IMG/VR virus record: IMGVR_UViG_3300047510_001118
Coordinates: 62,001 to 126,000 of that record
Reading direction: 5' to 3' (one strand)
DNA: 64,000 bases
Shown: piece after piece, positions 29,501-39,089 of the stretch
How positions within the stretch are numbered: the first letter of the stretch is position 1
Layout: every line of letters starts with the position of its first letter
Program-made: the position numbers and the translations under genes
The notes under the pieces: model-generated
The model's input: the letters and a program-made list of their open reading frames with translations, nothing else
What the model was told of the DNA's origin: nothing
Database searches by the model: none

Positions 29501-29528
29501 ATTATACTTTCTTATTTGTAATTGTCAA
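29501..29528 (-). promoter_or_regulatory. sigma70 promoter for the biosynthetic island (probably leaderless)
   Basis: TTGACA-16-TATAAT on the minus strand; ATG 7 nt after the -10 box; a late TAAATA also lies at 29551-29556. Confidence 0.7.
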
Positions 29529-29574
29529 CTCTTTTAACATATTTGTGGAATATTTATTGGTTAAATACTATACT

Positions 29575-30777
29575 ATGATTAACAAAGATCCCTTCAAAAA
29601 ACTAATCCAAGACATGAAAGACAACGGCAAATACCGTGTCTTCAACGACATTGTACGCGAAAACGGCAAGTTCCCACAGGCAATATGGTACGGCCCGTAC
29701 AATATTAAAAACATCATCAATTGGTGTTCAAACGACTATCTAGGCATGGGACAGCATAAAGTTGTTCTTGATGCCATGCACACCGCTCTTGACCATACAG
29801 GATCGGGATCAGGCGGTACTCGTAACATTGGCGGTACCAGTCACTATCACGTTGCTCTAGAGCGTGAACTAGCCAGTCTACATAATAAGACAGGCGCACT
29901 GTTATTCAGCAGTGCCTATGTGGCTAACGAATGGACTTTAATTGCCCTATCGAAGATCATAGACAATATAGAATTCATATCAGATGCCAATAATCATAAC
30001 AGTCTTATTATTGGTATGAGTCACAGTCGTGCGCCCAAACAGGTATTCAAACACAACGACCTAGCAGACTTAGAAAACAAATTAGCCAACAGTAAACTCA
30101 GTGGACGCACTCCTTGTATTGTATTCGAAAGTGTTTACAGTATGGACGGAGATGTGGGATTGATTGAGGAAATCTGTGATCTAGCAGATAGATATCATGC
30201 CATTACATATATTGATGAAGTACACGCTGTGGGACTATATGGTGACGAAGGCGCAGGTAAATTAGAAGAGTTGGGCTTACAGGATCGTGTTGACATAGTT
30301 AACGGTACACTTGGTAAAGCATTTGGTACACAAGGTGGGTACATTGCCGCAGACAAAACAGTGGTAGATGCTATTCGTAGTGTGGCTGCTGGCTTTATCT
30401 TTACAACGAGTATGAGTCCAGTTACCTGTGCTGGAGCCTTGGCCGCAGTAAAATATCTACGTGAACATCAAGACGTTCGCGATCAACATCAACGACAGGC
30501 TCGTAAACTCAAAGAAGAATTAAAGAAAGCAGACTTGCCAGTAATGGACTGTTCAACTACACACATTGTTCCTGTGCTTGTTGGTGATGCTAAACGTTGT
30601 AAGGCAATGAGTGATAAACTGTTAGAACAGTTTAATATCTATGTACAGCCTATTAACTATCCAACTGTAGATGTGGGAACGGAGCGGTTACGTTTCGCAC
30701 CTACTCCGTTTCATGATGATGGAATGATTGAGGATCTAGTTAATGCGTTGAAAGTTGTGTTTAAAGAAAATTATTAA
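29575..30777 (+). CDS. hemA: 5-aminolevulinate synthase
   Basis: [53 protein letters not shown]; ATG 29575 follows TAAATA (29562-29567). Confidence 0.93.
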   Translation: MINKDPFKKLIQDMKDNGKYRVFNDIVRENGKFPQAIWYGPYNIKNIINWCSNDYLGMGQHKVVLDAMHTALDHTGSGSGGTRNIGGTSHYHVALERELASLHNKTGALLFSSAYVANEWTLIALSKIIDNIEFISDANNHNSLIIGMSHSRAPKQVFKHNDLADLENKLANSKLSGRTPCIVFESVYSMDGDVGLIEEICDLADRYHAITYIDEVHAVGLYGDEGAGKLEELGLQDRVDIVNGTLGKAFGTQGGYIAADKTVVDAIRSVAAGFIFTTSMSPVTCAGALAAVKYLREHQDVRDQHQRQARKLKEELKKADLPVMDCSTTHIVPVLVGDAKRCKAMSDKLLEQFNIYVQPINYPTVDVGTERLRFAPTPFHDDGMIEDLVNALKVVFKENY

Positions 30778-31231
30778 ACCAACCAATCTTGCGACCTTCG
30801 GCGATTCTCTTGTCGTGTTCTTCAACTGAACTAGGATAACGCCAAGCCCACACAGCAACCAATGCCATAAAGATTGCTGTACTAATAATACCAATTGGTT
30901 TAACTCCGCCAGTATACATCAGCACCAAACTCAACGACATCATGCCTAGCATGAAGTATTTCATCTTTAATGGGAACACACGCTTTTGGTTCCAGTTGGT
31001 TAGGAACGGACCAAACAGTTTATGATTGTATAGCCAAGCATGCATCTTAGGACTGCCTTTGGCAAAACAGTATGCGGCAAATACAACAAATGGACTGTAG
31101 GGGATGCCTGGTGTGACAACCCCTACATACGCCATTCCTAGGCTACAGAATCCTAGTATTTTCCAAAAGAATTTTTTCATATAATTATTTAATATAGTCA
31201 AGCCAACTAGGATGACGAACTTGAAAATCAA
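30761..31231 (-). CDS. YbaN/DUF454 membrane protein
   Basis: [35 protein letters not shown]; start probably MKKFF. Confidence 0.85.
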   Translation of the reverse strand: MIFKFVILVGLTILNNYMKKFFWKILGFCSLGMAYVGVVTPGIPYSPFVVFAAYCFAKGSPKMHAWLYNHKLFGPFLTNWNQKRVFPLKMKYFMLGMMSLSLVLMYTGGVKPIGIISTAIFMALVAVWAWRYPSSVEEHDKRIAEGRKIGWFNNFL

Positions 31232-31697
31232 GTTGTTTCCGTTTATTGACTAACTCCCAATAGTCTGGCTTCTGAGGTTTAGTCAACGGTTTGATTTTTT
31301 TGTTGTTACCTTTGCTGGCATTACATGGACCGCAGGCAGTAACAGTATTATCAAATGTAGTCTTACCACCGTGGCTGACTGGCAGTACATGATCTAAAGT
31401 ACATTCGCGTTTCTCTAACTTATCACTACAGTATTGACAGGTATATTTGTCACGTAGGAACACGTTGCCTTTAGAAAATCTAACAGTCATCTTTGGCTTC
31501 ATATACTCAGTCAGCATCATCACTGCCGGAACTGGGGTTTCCCATCTAGCCGATCTAACGATCCAACCGTCGTGCCACTCCAGTACTCGTGCTTTGTCGA
31601 GTACCATATATTTGATAGCATCCTGCCAGGTCAATGTGCTCAAAGGCAACCATGACGCTGGTTGGGCATCACTGTTAAGCAAAAGAGTGTCAGCCAT
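31185..31697 (-). CDS. HNH endonuclease
   Basis: RDKYTCQYC...TLDHVLPVSHGG...ACGPCN. Confidence 0.92.
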   Translation of the reverse strand: MADTLLLNSDAQPASWLPLSTLTWQDAIKYMVLDKARVLEWHDGWIVRSARWETPVPAVMMLTEYMKPKMTVRFSKGNVFLRDKYTCQYCSDKLEKRECTLDHVLPVSHGGKTTFDNTVTACGPCNASKGNNKKIKPLTKPQKPDYWELVNKRKQLDFQVRHPSWLDYIK

Positions 31698-31768
31698 TTT
31701 GATTCTGCGTTTAAGTTATTTATAATGTTAGTATTTTATGGCCAAGTAACAGCCATTGTCAACCGTTT

Positions 31769-32326
31769 TTAGATAGAAAAGTAACTGCTGACCATGTCTT
31801 TGGCGGCAAGATCTATACTTCGTTTCCAAATACGTTCACCGTCCTTGCCGAATAAGATTGATTCGTTAGTCGGAGCAGTTACCCAGGAATTCTTTTTGTT
31901 CCATGGAGGACTACCTTTGAGTTCACCTTCTAACTGCATTGGTGCCCATACTGTCATGCCAAGAAATAGTTTCCATTTCTTTGGAGCATCACCTTCGGTT
32001 AATCTTTCAATCATATCTCGATCAGAACTGATCATTATGTTTCCAGATATGTGCATGGTGTTCTTTGAAGACCAGTCGTCTGTGTGTAGCATTATAAGAC
32101 TGGATGGATTTACTGGCCCGCCTACGTAGAGAGGTTCGGCGCCATCATAGTGGTGTCCGTGATGTGTGGCCAGTTCAGACACATAACGTTCGCTGGGTTT
32201 ATTCAGCATTAGTCCTACTATACTGGCTGGGGATTTTTCGTAGATATAGATTACTGCGTGTTCCCAGTAATCGTCCTTCTGTGCGGGTGGCGCAACGAGA
32301 AGCGTACCAATCATTGTTAACTCCAA
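31769..32326 (-). CDS. YqgE/AlgH (DUF179) family protein
   Basis: LLVAPP, GLMLNKP, YVGGPV, W...QLEGE...W. Confidence 0.88.
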   Translation of the reverse strand: MELTMIGTLLVAPPAQKDDYWEHAVIYIYEKSPASIVGLMLNKPSERYVSELATHHGHHYDGAEPLYVGGPVNPSSLIMLHTDDWSSKNTMHISGNIMISSDRDMIERLTEGDAPKKWKLFLGMTVWAPMQLEGELKGSPPWNKKNSWVTAPTNESILFGKDGERIWKRSIDLAAKDMVSSYFSI

Positions 32327-32562
32327 TCAGGCAATGGCCCGCCGTAGCGTTTTCCTTTGATCTTTTTGCCGCCCACCGTTTTGCGAGTCTTGCCGACCAA
32401 ATGACTTTTCTTTCCGTCTCGAGCTCTTAGTCCTTGGCTTTTACAACTAGCCAAATTAGAAGCGCCAAGTTCGGAATCGGACTTTTGACTCGCACAGAGT
32501 TTTCTGGAAGCCTTTTCGTCCAACGCTGTTTCAATGTTTTCGATTATTTCAATTACTCGCAT
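32317..32562 (-). CDS. small late protein
   Basis: 81 aa, TAAATA at 32571-32576, N-terminal ALDEKA. Confidence 0.65.
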   Translation of the reverse strand: MRVIEIIENIETALDEKASRKLCASQKSDSELGASNLASCKSQGLRARDGKKSHLVGKTRKTVGGKKIKGKRYGGPLPDWS

Positions 32563-32563
32563 A

Positions 32564-32779
32564 TTATCTATATTTATCTGCTGGGTTAAGCCAGTCCTCT
32601 GCGTAGGTTGGAGCCAATTTAAACGTAAGTGCTTTCCTTGGTCCTTTTGTTGTGTTTATTGTTACTTCTCCACTCTTTTCATGATACTCAATTTTAGTAA
32701 TTGTAGCATGTTCGTCATTTGGGCCCACTACAATTTCTTGACCTACTACCAAATTAATGGCAAGATTACGCAGGGTCAT
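32564..32779 (-). CDS. hypothetical protein
   Basis: 71-aa ORF. Confidence 0.6.
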   Translation of the reverse strand: MTLRNLAINLVVGQEIVVGPNDEHATITKIEYHEKSGEVTINTTKGPRKALTFKLAPTYAEDWLNPADKYR

Positions 32780-32827
32780 GATTATCTCCTTTTGGACACA
32801 AACTTATTTATTGGGTTTGGGTTTTAG

Positions 32828-32856
32828 TTGACAAATTCTGTGAATGGTCATATAAT
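32828..32856 (+). promoter_or_regulatory. sigma70 promoter
   Basis: TTGACA-17-TATAAT. Confidence 0.85.
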
Positions 32857-32888
32857 AATAACATCATAAACACACAGACACTAGATCA

Positions 32889-33083
32889 ATGCGCCCAATT
32901 TTGGTATTATTAACTGCTGTTATTTTAACTGGTTGTGCTTCTACAGAATGGATGACTGTGGATAACTGTAGTTATGGTTATCGACCAGAGGATCCAAAAA
33001 TTCGCTGTGGTGAAAAATGGGATCAAGTACATCGACATCCGTTTGATGCTCAAATTCGTAGAGCTCGAGGAGAACAATGGTGA
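32889..33083 (+). CDS. small lipoprotein-like protein
   Basis: LTGC lipobox after a hydrophobic stretch. Confidence 0.6.
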   Translation: MRPILVLLTAVILTGCASTEWMTVDNCSYGYRPEDPKIRCGEKWDQVHRHPFDAQIRRARGEQW

Positions 33084-33424
33084 AGCTCAAAGTCTACAAT
33101 ACAATGTATGAACGCAGGACTTCATACTTCTTTGAAATACCTGAATTCAATTACTATGAAGGCGATGAAGTTAAAGTCAAATGGGTAAAACCTGAAGAGA
33201 TTGCTCTGAGTACAGGACTCAAAGACTTTTCATTTCGTGTCATACAAAGAAAATACATTAGAGAAATAGATGGTAAGCCTTATTCATTTGAAGTCAAGGA
33301 TAAGAAAGAAGAAGTTCGATTGGTACAGGGCAGTAATGGCAAGGTATACGAAGTAACCAGTCATAGTTGTACTTGTCCGGGGTTCACGTTTAGAGGTTCA
33401 TGTAAACATATAGGAGTTAAATGA
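33077..33424 (+). CDS. SWIM zinc-finger protein
   Basis: CTCPGF..RGSCKH. Confidence 0.8.
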   Translation: MVKLKVYNTMYERRTSYFFEIPEFNYYEGDEVKVKWVKPEEIALSTGLKDFSFRVIQRKYIREIDGKPYSFEVKDKKEEVRLVQGSNGKVYEVTSHSCTCPGFTFRGSCKHIGVK

Positions 33425-33666
33425 TGACTGAAGTTTTATTTGCGTTAATGCTAGTGTCTAAGACACCAAATTTTCCTGACCAACAAGTGGCTGTGTTTGC
33501 CAGTCGATCCGAATGTGTTAAAGAAGCACAGGCCATCATACAACAAGGACCTAGTGCCTATTGTGTTCCTGTTAACCAACAACCCAGTCCTGAAGAAGCA
33601 ATTAAAAGAATGACTGCTTTAATGAAAACTATGATGAAGGAAATGGAAAATGGGAACCGTAATTGA
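33421..33666 (+). CDS. hypothetical protein
   Basis: coupled ORF with GGAG RBS. Confidence 0.6.
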   Translation: MMTEVLFALMLVSKTPNFPDQQVAVFASRSECVKEAQAIIQQGPSAYCVPVNQQPSPEEAIKRMTALMKTMMKEMENGNRN

Positions 33667-34006
33667 TTTTGAAAAGGAACGCGATCTCCGATATATGGGG
33701 ATGGAGATTCCTGAACATACCAAAGACAGTCTAGATCGTTATTTCGTTAATGGATTACGTCCAGGAGGCTTCTGTGAAGCCATGCTGGCACAGGATTACG
33801 ATCGAGCTCTTACTATAGCAGACACAGCCAATCGACAGATGTTTTGGGCTATTGCTACTTGGATTAGAGAAAATGCTCCGTTGGGCAGTGCTGGCAATTA
33901 CTCTATTATCGATGACTGGATTAAAGATAAAAACTCAGTTCGTTCAACCTTTGCTCGTCGAGCAGAAAAAGATTACACATGGCGAAGTCTAAAAAACGTG
34001 GACTAG
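33650..34006 (+). CDS. hypothetical protein
   Basis: 118-aa coupled ORF. Confidence 0.65.
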   Translation: MGTVIDFEKERDLRYMGMEIPEHTKDSLDRYFVNGLRPGGFCEAMLAQDYDRALTIADTANRQMFWAIATWIRENAPLGSAGNYSIIDDWIKDKNSVRSTFARRAEKDYTWRSLKNVD

Positions 34007-34317
34007 GTTATTATCTAGCATATTTTGATAGCCTAGGATTTGAAACTATAATTGATCTCAGTGCCTACGAAAAGGATCTTACCTGGGCGGCACTTAAAGG
34101 TGAACAACCAAAAATGAAATTGCCTGTAGGAATGTTAATCATGCGAGCCAAAGCCAATCCACAACGATTTCCAGAGATTTGGACATTTCAATCAGAGGTT
34201 GACATAAAGACATTAAGACAGTATAGTATTGACTCGCCGCAGGGCCTGGCTGACTTGATACGTGAGCACGGATCTAAGGTATTTGTGACTCTTAGAGAAA
34301 AGGAAGTAATTCAATGA
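33979..34317 (+). CDS. hypothetical protein
   Basis: 112-aa coupled ORF. Confidence 0.65.
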   Translation: MAKSKKRGLGYYLAYFDSLGFETIIDLSAYEKDLTWAALKGEQPKMKLPVGMLIMRAKANPQRFPEIWTFQSEVDIKTLRQYSIDSPQGLADLIREHGSKVFVTLREKEVIQ

Positions 34318-34934
34318 TCACACTAAAAGAATATATGGAGTTGGTGAACTACAGAATCACCGAAGGTAGTAACTACTGCTGGGACTGCTATGGCAATGAT
34401 GCTTATAGATTGGACAGTTGGAATCAAGATCAAAATGGACACACTGTCAGCATTGTGTTTGATACTAGAACTCAAACAGTCTACGAAGCAAGTGCCTATG
34501 ACTACAGTCGTAATCGTGCTTACAGATTGATCAATCCAGAATTCAAACATTATCATGACCAAGAAGCAGAAGTGCGGGGCATAGATGCCAATGAAGCATG
34601 GGATGATGTCAAATATATTGATTTGGATGTGGACGATGACTTTATCCAAAAAGCATTGGCCATTGTTGCTGGTGAAGATTATGATGATCGTGTAAAAGTT
34701 CCTATTGAACTTACAGATGAAGAACTACTGGAATACATGAAACTGGCACATGAGCGTGATATTACTTTCAATCAATTAGTTGAAGAAGCACTACGACATG
34801 CCATTGACGATTTACAACGTGATCCTGAAGGCATGAAAGCAAGAGCCGAACAATGGAAGTCTGTTCATGTGTCTAACACAGACAATCCTATAGATTTTCC
34901 TGTACCAAAAAAGAAAAGAAAAGGTAAGAAATGA
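34314..34934 (+). CDS. hypothetical protein
   Basis: 206-aa coupled ORF. Confidence 0.7.
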   Translation: MITLKEYMELVNYRITEGSNYCWDCYGNDAYRLDSWNQDQNGHTVSIVFDTRTQTVYEASAYDYSRNRAYRLINPEFKHYHDQEAEVRGIDANEAWDDVKYIDLDVDDDFIQKALAIVAGEDYDDRVKVPIELTDEELLEYMKLAHERDITFNQLVEEALRHAIDDLQRDPEGMKARAEQWKSVHVSNTDNPIDFPVPKKKRKGKK

Positions 34935-35149
34935 TTACTAAACTATTAAAACCGCAACCAAATTTTTCTTATCCATTAATGCGAGATCCTAAGCGTAATC
35001 CCAAATGTTATGAAATGACCGACGAAGAACGTAAAGAAGCAACTCAACGAGTAGAAAAAATCTTGGCTAATAAAAAGTCAGAACCTTATTTTGTCAATGA
35101 GTCCGGTCTTAAAATTAGTGCTGTTACCGGAGAATTAGTTAATGACTAA
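34931..35149 (+). CDS. hypothetical protein
   Basis: 72-aa coupled ORF. Confidence 0.6.
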   Translation: MITKLLKPQPNFSYPLMRDPKRNPKCYEMTDEERKEATQRVEKILANKKSEPYFVNESGLKISAVTGELVND

Positions 35150-35264
35150 GATTAGAATAGCCCTTGCTCGTTGGATATTGGGTAAACATTGTCCTTGCTA
35201 CAAAATGGGCTATCATAATCTCTGTGACTATAGAAAACACAGAATCGGAAACAAAAATATTTAA
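35142..35264 (+). CDS. 40-aa small protein
   Basis: hand-translated, fills the gap: MTKIRIALARWILGKHCPCYK... Confidence 0.5.
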   Translation: MTKIRIALARWILGKHCPCYKMGYHNLCDYRKHRIGNKNI

Positions 35265-35290
35265 TTATCTCAAAAAGAAAGGGCACTAAT

Positions 35291-35551
35291 TTGTCAATAA
35301 ACGAAAACGAAGCATTTGAATATAACAATGAAGAAGAAGCCGAAATGGCTCAACTTCATAGTATCCATTTACATTTGAACGCAATTGGTAAAGTTCAAGA
35401 ACAGTTAGCCAAACAGCGTAGTCAACCTAGTTTAGAAGAGTGCGAAGACTGCGGAGAAGAAATTCCCAAAGCACGGCAAGAAGCACAGCCAGGTGTAACT
35501 CGCTGTATCTACTGCCAAGAAAAATTTGAACGTAAACAACGAGGCCTATGA
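35291..35551 (+). CDS. TraR/DksA C4-type zinc-finger protein
   Basis: CEDCGEEIPKARQEAQPGVTRCIYCQ. Confidence 0.9.
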   Translation: MSINENEAFEYNNEEEAEMAQLHSIHLHLNAIGKVQEQLAKQRSQPSLEECEDCGEEIPKARQEAQPGVTRCIYCQEKFERKQRGL

Positions 35552-36030
35552 AAAAACAAACCATATTCTACAAAAAAGCAGGACGTAGATATGTTCCCGT
35601 GTCAGAATATGACAGCGAGTATTGTGATAGTTACCCCAAAGGCAGTCATCTTGTAGTATCAAAACCTGGATCGACTATGCGTATGTTTAATATTGATCCT
35701 GCCCTGGCTCCTATGGTTGCCGCAGGAACTTACGCCTTAGATGAAATCAGCGATAAAATTAGACAGGCCACAGAACTGCGCCCAGTTAATAGAGAAATGA
35801 CTGAAGAAGATAATCGTCGTTGGAAAGAGTTTATTAAGACCATGCCCGACGACATGCGGTTCATGATGACACACGGGTCAGCACGTGATGCTGCCGAAGC
35901 CGGTGTCAAAGCCATGACCAAAGAAGTAGAAAAACTTATGTCCAACCCGGCAGTGCGTAAAGCCTATGAAAGGTTTATGTTTGTCTGCCAACTTACTAAA
36001 GAAAGTGAGCGTAGTAAAAATGAGCAGTGA
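35548..36030 (+). CDS. hypothetical protein
   Basis: 160-aa coupled ORF. Confidence 0.7.
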   Translation: MKKQTIFYKKAGRRYVPVSEYDSEYCDSYPKGSHLVVSKPGSTMRMFNIDPALAPMVAAGTYALDEISDKIRQATELRPVNREMTEEDNRRWKEFIKTMPDDMRFMMTHGSARDAAEAGVKAMTKEVEKLMSNPAVRKAYERFMFVCQLTKESERSKNEQ

Positions 36031-36316
36031 ATTATTATGTAAAGATTGTAAACATAGTTTTAGAACCATCTCTAGTATTATAACACACGGCTTTAACAGT
36101 GAGTATGCTTACCAGTGCCGAAAAAGTTTTAAAGAAACGCATATTGAACCTAATCCTGTTGTAGGATCTAAAAAGGTACTAGCCAAATACGATTCCTGCG
36201 GTGTTACCCGAATTGGTCGTCCAGACAGAGATGATCGATGTGGTGAATTAGGTAAGTGGTGGGAACCCAAGAGCAAAAAGTTTTTGTTCCTACAGATTAA
36301 ACACAGTGAACAATGA
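36020..36316 (+). CDS. Cys-containing hypothetical protein
   Basis: CKDC...C...C...C; start placed at MSSELLC. Confidence 0.6.
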   Translation: MSSELLCKDCKHSFRTISSIITHGFNSEYAYQCRKSFKETHIEPNPVVGSKKVLAKYDSCGVTRIGRPDRDDRCGELGKWWEPKSKKFLFLQIKHSEQ

Positions 36317-36585
36317 GTCGTAAAAGACAGATCGCCGAAATGGTTGCCGAGGATATGGCCAAGGATATGTCCGCGGCCATTGACTTTGAAGTCCTAGCAG
36401 GTATGTTAGTGGAACTTGGTTGGATCAGAGTTGACCTTATCTATACTCCTCCCGAACGTGCCTGGTATAAGATAAAAGATTGGGTTGATCAAAACTGTCA
36501 AGGGCATCATGAAGAACACATGGGAACATGGGTGTTTGAAAAGCAACAAGATGCCAATTGGTTTGTGCTAAGGTGGGGAAACTAA
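36313..36585 (+). CDS. small protein, WFxL(R/K)W family
   Basis: ends DANWFVLRWG. Confidence 0.65.
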   Translation: MSRKRQIAEMVAEDMAKDMSAAIDFEVLAGMLVELGWIRVDLIYTPPERAWYKIKDWVDQNCQGHHEEHMGTWVFEKQQDANWFVLRWGN

Positions 36586-36881
36586 TGTCCTTGAAATTAG
36601 AATTTGACATTGACAAAGGTTACACAAACATTGTAACAAGGCAGGTATTGATACTCGAAGACTATCTCTGTCAACCAGTTATATCCTGGTGCCATGAAAG
36701 GATTGGACCAATGCTGTGGCCCAAAGACGTCAATGAAATACTTAGAGGCGACGGTTGGGAGATATCAGCAGACTGGAACACATGGATATACGATCATGAT
36801 AAAAAGCCTAGGACCAGTGTTATAATTCACAAAGACATAGACCCGCAACTGATTACAGAATTTTGGATGAGGTTTCAATAA
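36585..36881 (+). CDS. small protein, WFxL(R/K)W family
   Basis: SWCHERIG...EFWMRF; start placed at MSLKL. Confidence 0.55.
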   Translation: MSLKLEFDIDKGYTNIVTRQVLILEDYLCQPVISWCHERIGPMLWPKDVNEILRGDGWEISADWNTWIYDHDKKPRTSVIIHKDIDPQLITEFWMRFQ

Positions 36882-37195
36882 TGCCACGTAAAAAGAAAAC
36901 AGTCAACACACAGACAGTGAATACAGCAGTCACTAATCCCAGTGCTATTTTTAACAACATCACACTGCCCGCTCCATCAGGCGAAGATAAAAAAGGTCCT
37001 AAGATTGAAACCTGTGAAGTTGGTATGTTTAGACTTCCCGGAGTGAAACTGGATTTAGAACAGTTCACAGAAGACCAAATTAATGAAATGCGTAGTTGGG
37101 CCAAAGACAATGGCGCATACACTGATCCCGGCAATGGACTTTTCAGTTGGAAGGATCCTGCTAAACGTGATTGGTTTATACTCAAATGGAGTTAA
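36881..37195 (+). CDS. small protein, WFxL(R/K)W family
   Basis: ends KRDWFILKWS. Confidence 0.65.
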   Translation: MPRKKKTVNTQTVNTAVTNPSAIFNNITLPAPSGEDKKGPKIETCEVGMFRLPGVKLDLEQFTEDQINEMRSWAKDNGAYTDPGNGLFSWKDPAKRDWFILKWS

Positions 37196-37439
37196 TGTTG
37201 TGGGCACATCTAAAGAAGAACGTGATAGATACTTTAATTCTATTCGCAGAATGCGGCGTGAATATATCGAAGAGCACAAAGGTATCTATGATCTAACTGC
37301 TAGGCCCACGGTACATCATTGGGCAGAAAAGAAATACGGATTTGCCATGGCACTGGATGGCACTGGTAATTACACAGCCGATTATACTGTAACCAATCCA
37401 AAGAAGTTTATGTTGTTTCAAATAAAGTATTGGAAATGA
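37185..37439 (+). CDS. small protein, WFxL(R/K)W family (start uncertain)
   Basis: HWAEKKYG...FMLFQIKYW. Confidence 0.5.
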   Translation, partial: NGVNVVGTSKEERDRYFNSIRRMRREYIEEHKGIYDLTARPTVHHWAEKKYGFAMALDGTGNYTADYTVTNPKKFMLFQIKYWK

Positions 37440-37445
37440 AATAAT

Positions 37446-37486
37446 TTGACAAAAACAACACAGTGACAGTATAATGCTATTAAATA
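37446..37486 (+). promoter_or_regulatory. tandem sigma70 + late-type promoter
   Basis: TTGACA-18-TATAAT followed by TAAATA at 37481. Confidence 0.7.
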
Positions 37487-37505
37487 CACACACAGGAGTG
37501 AGATT

Positions 37506-37940
37506 ATGGACATACTAGGATTTTTGATTCAAGTGGCTTTATTTTATGCTGTTTTTAAATTAGGTCAGTGGAGTATCCTAGTACCTATGAAATTAACACT
37601 TGCGAAATTGGCAAAAGAAAAAGGTATTGATCTTGAAAAGGTATTAGAAGAACTAAGATCTGAACAAGAAGATGAAGTAACAGAAGTAAGTAAGCAAGAA
37701 GAATTTCTAGATATTGAACGAGTAGACGGAGTTTATTTTGCCTATGGCGATCAGGGCAGATTCCTAGCACAGGGCGCAGACTTCCGATCTATGTTTGAAA
37801 ACGTCAAACAGCGATTTCCTGGAAAGAGTTTTCGTGTCAATAACTACAATGCTAATCTCACAGAAGAAGAAGCAGGTCGTTTAGTCAAGGCTGTTTTTGA
37901 AACTTTTGGAGGAAATAATGACGCAGGTAGAACAAGGTAG
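37506..37940 (+). CDS. membrane-anchored hypothetical protein
   Basis: AGGAG RBS, N-terminal TM segment. Confidence 0.7.
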   Translation: MDILGFLIQVALFYAVFKLGQWSILVPMKLTLAKLAKEKGIDLEKVLEELRSEQEDEVTEVSKQEEFLDIERVDGVYFAYGDQGRFLAQGADFRSMFENVKQRFPGKSFRVNNYNANLTEEEAGRLVKAVFETFGGNNDAGRTR

Positions 37941-38121
37941 TCGTTGGTACGGCAACACTAGAGATTTTTATCACGTGCTCAGCGTGGTCGAAATAAACGG
38001 ACAGACTTGGGTACACTATCGTAGAGAAAATCCCTCTTCTGAAACACACAATGTAGAATTCAGTTGTTACTTAGAAAGTTTTCTTAGTAGGTTCTCTAGA
38101 TATGAAAACACCAGTCGTTAA
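37918..38121 (+). CDS. hypothetical protein
   Basis: GGAGG RBS before MTQVEQG. Confidence 0.6.
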   Translation: MTQVEQGSRWYGNTRDFYHVLSVVEINGQTWVHYRRENPSSETHNVEFSCYLESFLSRFSRYENTSR

Positions 38122-38278
38122 GAATTTTAGAACCTGGGCACAGGAAATATGGTTCCAAAACTGTGAGGAACACGACTTATACTATCTGCCCAGATATACA
38201 CAACAAGAGTATTTTCATCAGTATAAATGGTGGCTTCGAGCTCGTTATCAACAGCTCAAACGCCAAGGGCTAGTATGA
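38102..38278 (+). CDS. 58-aa hypothetical protein
   Basis: hand-translated gap-filling ORF with ATGA coupling. Confidence 0.55.
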   Translation: MKTPVVKNFRTWAQEIWFQNCEEHDLYYLPRYTQQEYFHQYKWWLRARYQQLKRQGLV

Positions 38279-38622
38279 CACTATCAGAATTAGAAACATT
38301 GGCCGGACGACCCAGAGGCGGCAATCAGATCACTGAGTGGCAGTGCTGGGGCGATGATCCCTGTTATTACATCGACTGGGGCACAGAAGACAGTCACCTA
38401 ATGAGTGTGGTAGCCCTGGAAAACGAAACAGTGGTCTGCGTTGAACTGTTTGCGGCCAATGGTGCGTTTCGTTGGATTGAATCAGAATTCCGCAATGACT
38501 TTATGACAGAATGTCTAAACAAAAAGATAGATCCAGAGGACTCAGGTTGGGGACTTTGGCAAGATATTCAAGACCCGCAACAGATCCTAGTACTGTTAGC
38601 ACATATCACAGGTGAACTATGA
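38275..38622 (+). CDS. hypothetical protein
   Basis: start placed at MTLSE. Confidence 0.6.
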   Translation: MTLSELETLAGRPRGGNQITEWQCWGDDPCYYIDWGTEDSHLMSVVALENETVVCVELFAANGAFRWIESEFRNDFMTECLNKKIDPEDSGWGLWQDIQDPQQILVLLAHITGEL

Positions 38623-38933
38623 CACTGCCAGATGAACGTTATCGTGCTGTTTTGTGGGCTGGTAGATTCCTACAGAGCCTCTGCTACAGCAGTGAAACAC
38701 CACGTGTGCCCTTAAAGATTCGACAAGAAGCACGTAGCATACTTAGGCACTTTCCCAGCCAATGGGACATGGATCGTGCCAGCACAGCCGCACCAGATGT
38801 ATTCCAACAACAGATGGAAGCCGTTAGTCGCTTGTTCGCCCAATACGAGTTAAATAAACTAAAGGAGAACACAAATGGCACAGATTTGGACAGTGATGGC
38901 ATTCAGTCCGTCAAAAAATCAACTACAGCGTGA
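38619..38933 (+). CDS. conserved phage hypothetical protein
   Basis: MTLPDERYRAV...LRHFP. Confidence 0.7.
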   Translation: MTLPDERYRAVLWAGRFLQSLCYSSETPRVPLKIRQEARSILRHFPSQWDMDRASTAAPDVFQQQMEAVSRLFAQYELNKLKENTNGTDLDSDGIQSVKKSTTA

Positions 38934-39087
38934 GTTTGACGAAGACAGCCTCAAAGGGCGTCATACCCAGGATCGCAAGTTGGCTCAGCAAAAAGCAGAG
39001 AGTTTCGCACAGCGCCTGAATCAACGTCAGTTCCTACGCACACAGGACTGGCAACCTAAAGTCGAATTAATCGAAACACTGATTTAA
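38875..39087 (+). CDS. hypothetical protein
   Basis: AAGGAG RBS. Confidence 0.6.
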   Translation: MAQIWTVMAFSPSKNQLQREFDEDSLKGRHTQDRKLAQQKAESFAQRLNQRQFLRTQDWQPKVELIETLI

Positions 39088-39089
39088 GG

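Noticed and set aside
31185-31697. HNH gene as an intron-homing or mobile element
   Set aside because: Free-standing, interrupts no gene, and has no intron or terminal-repeat features.
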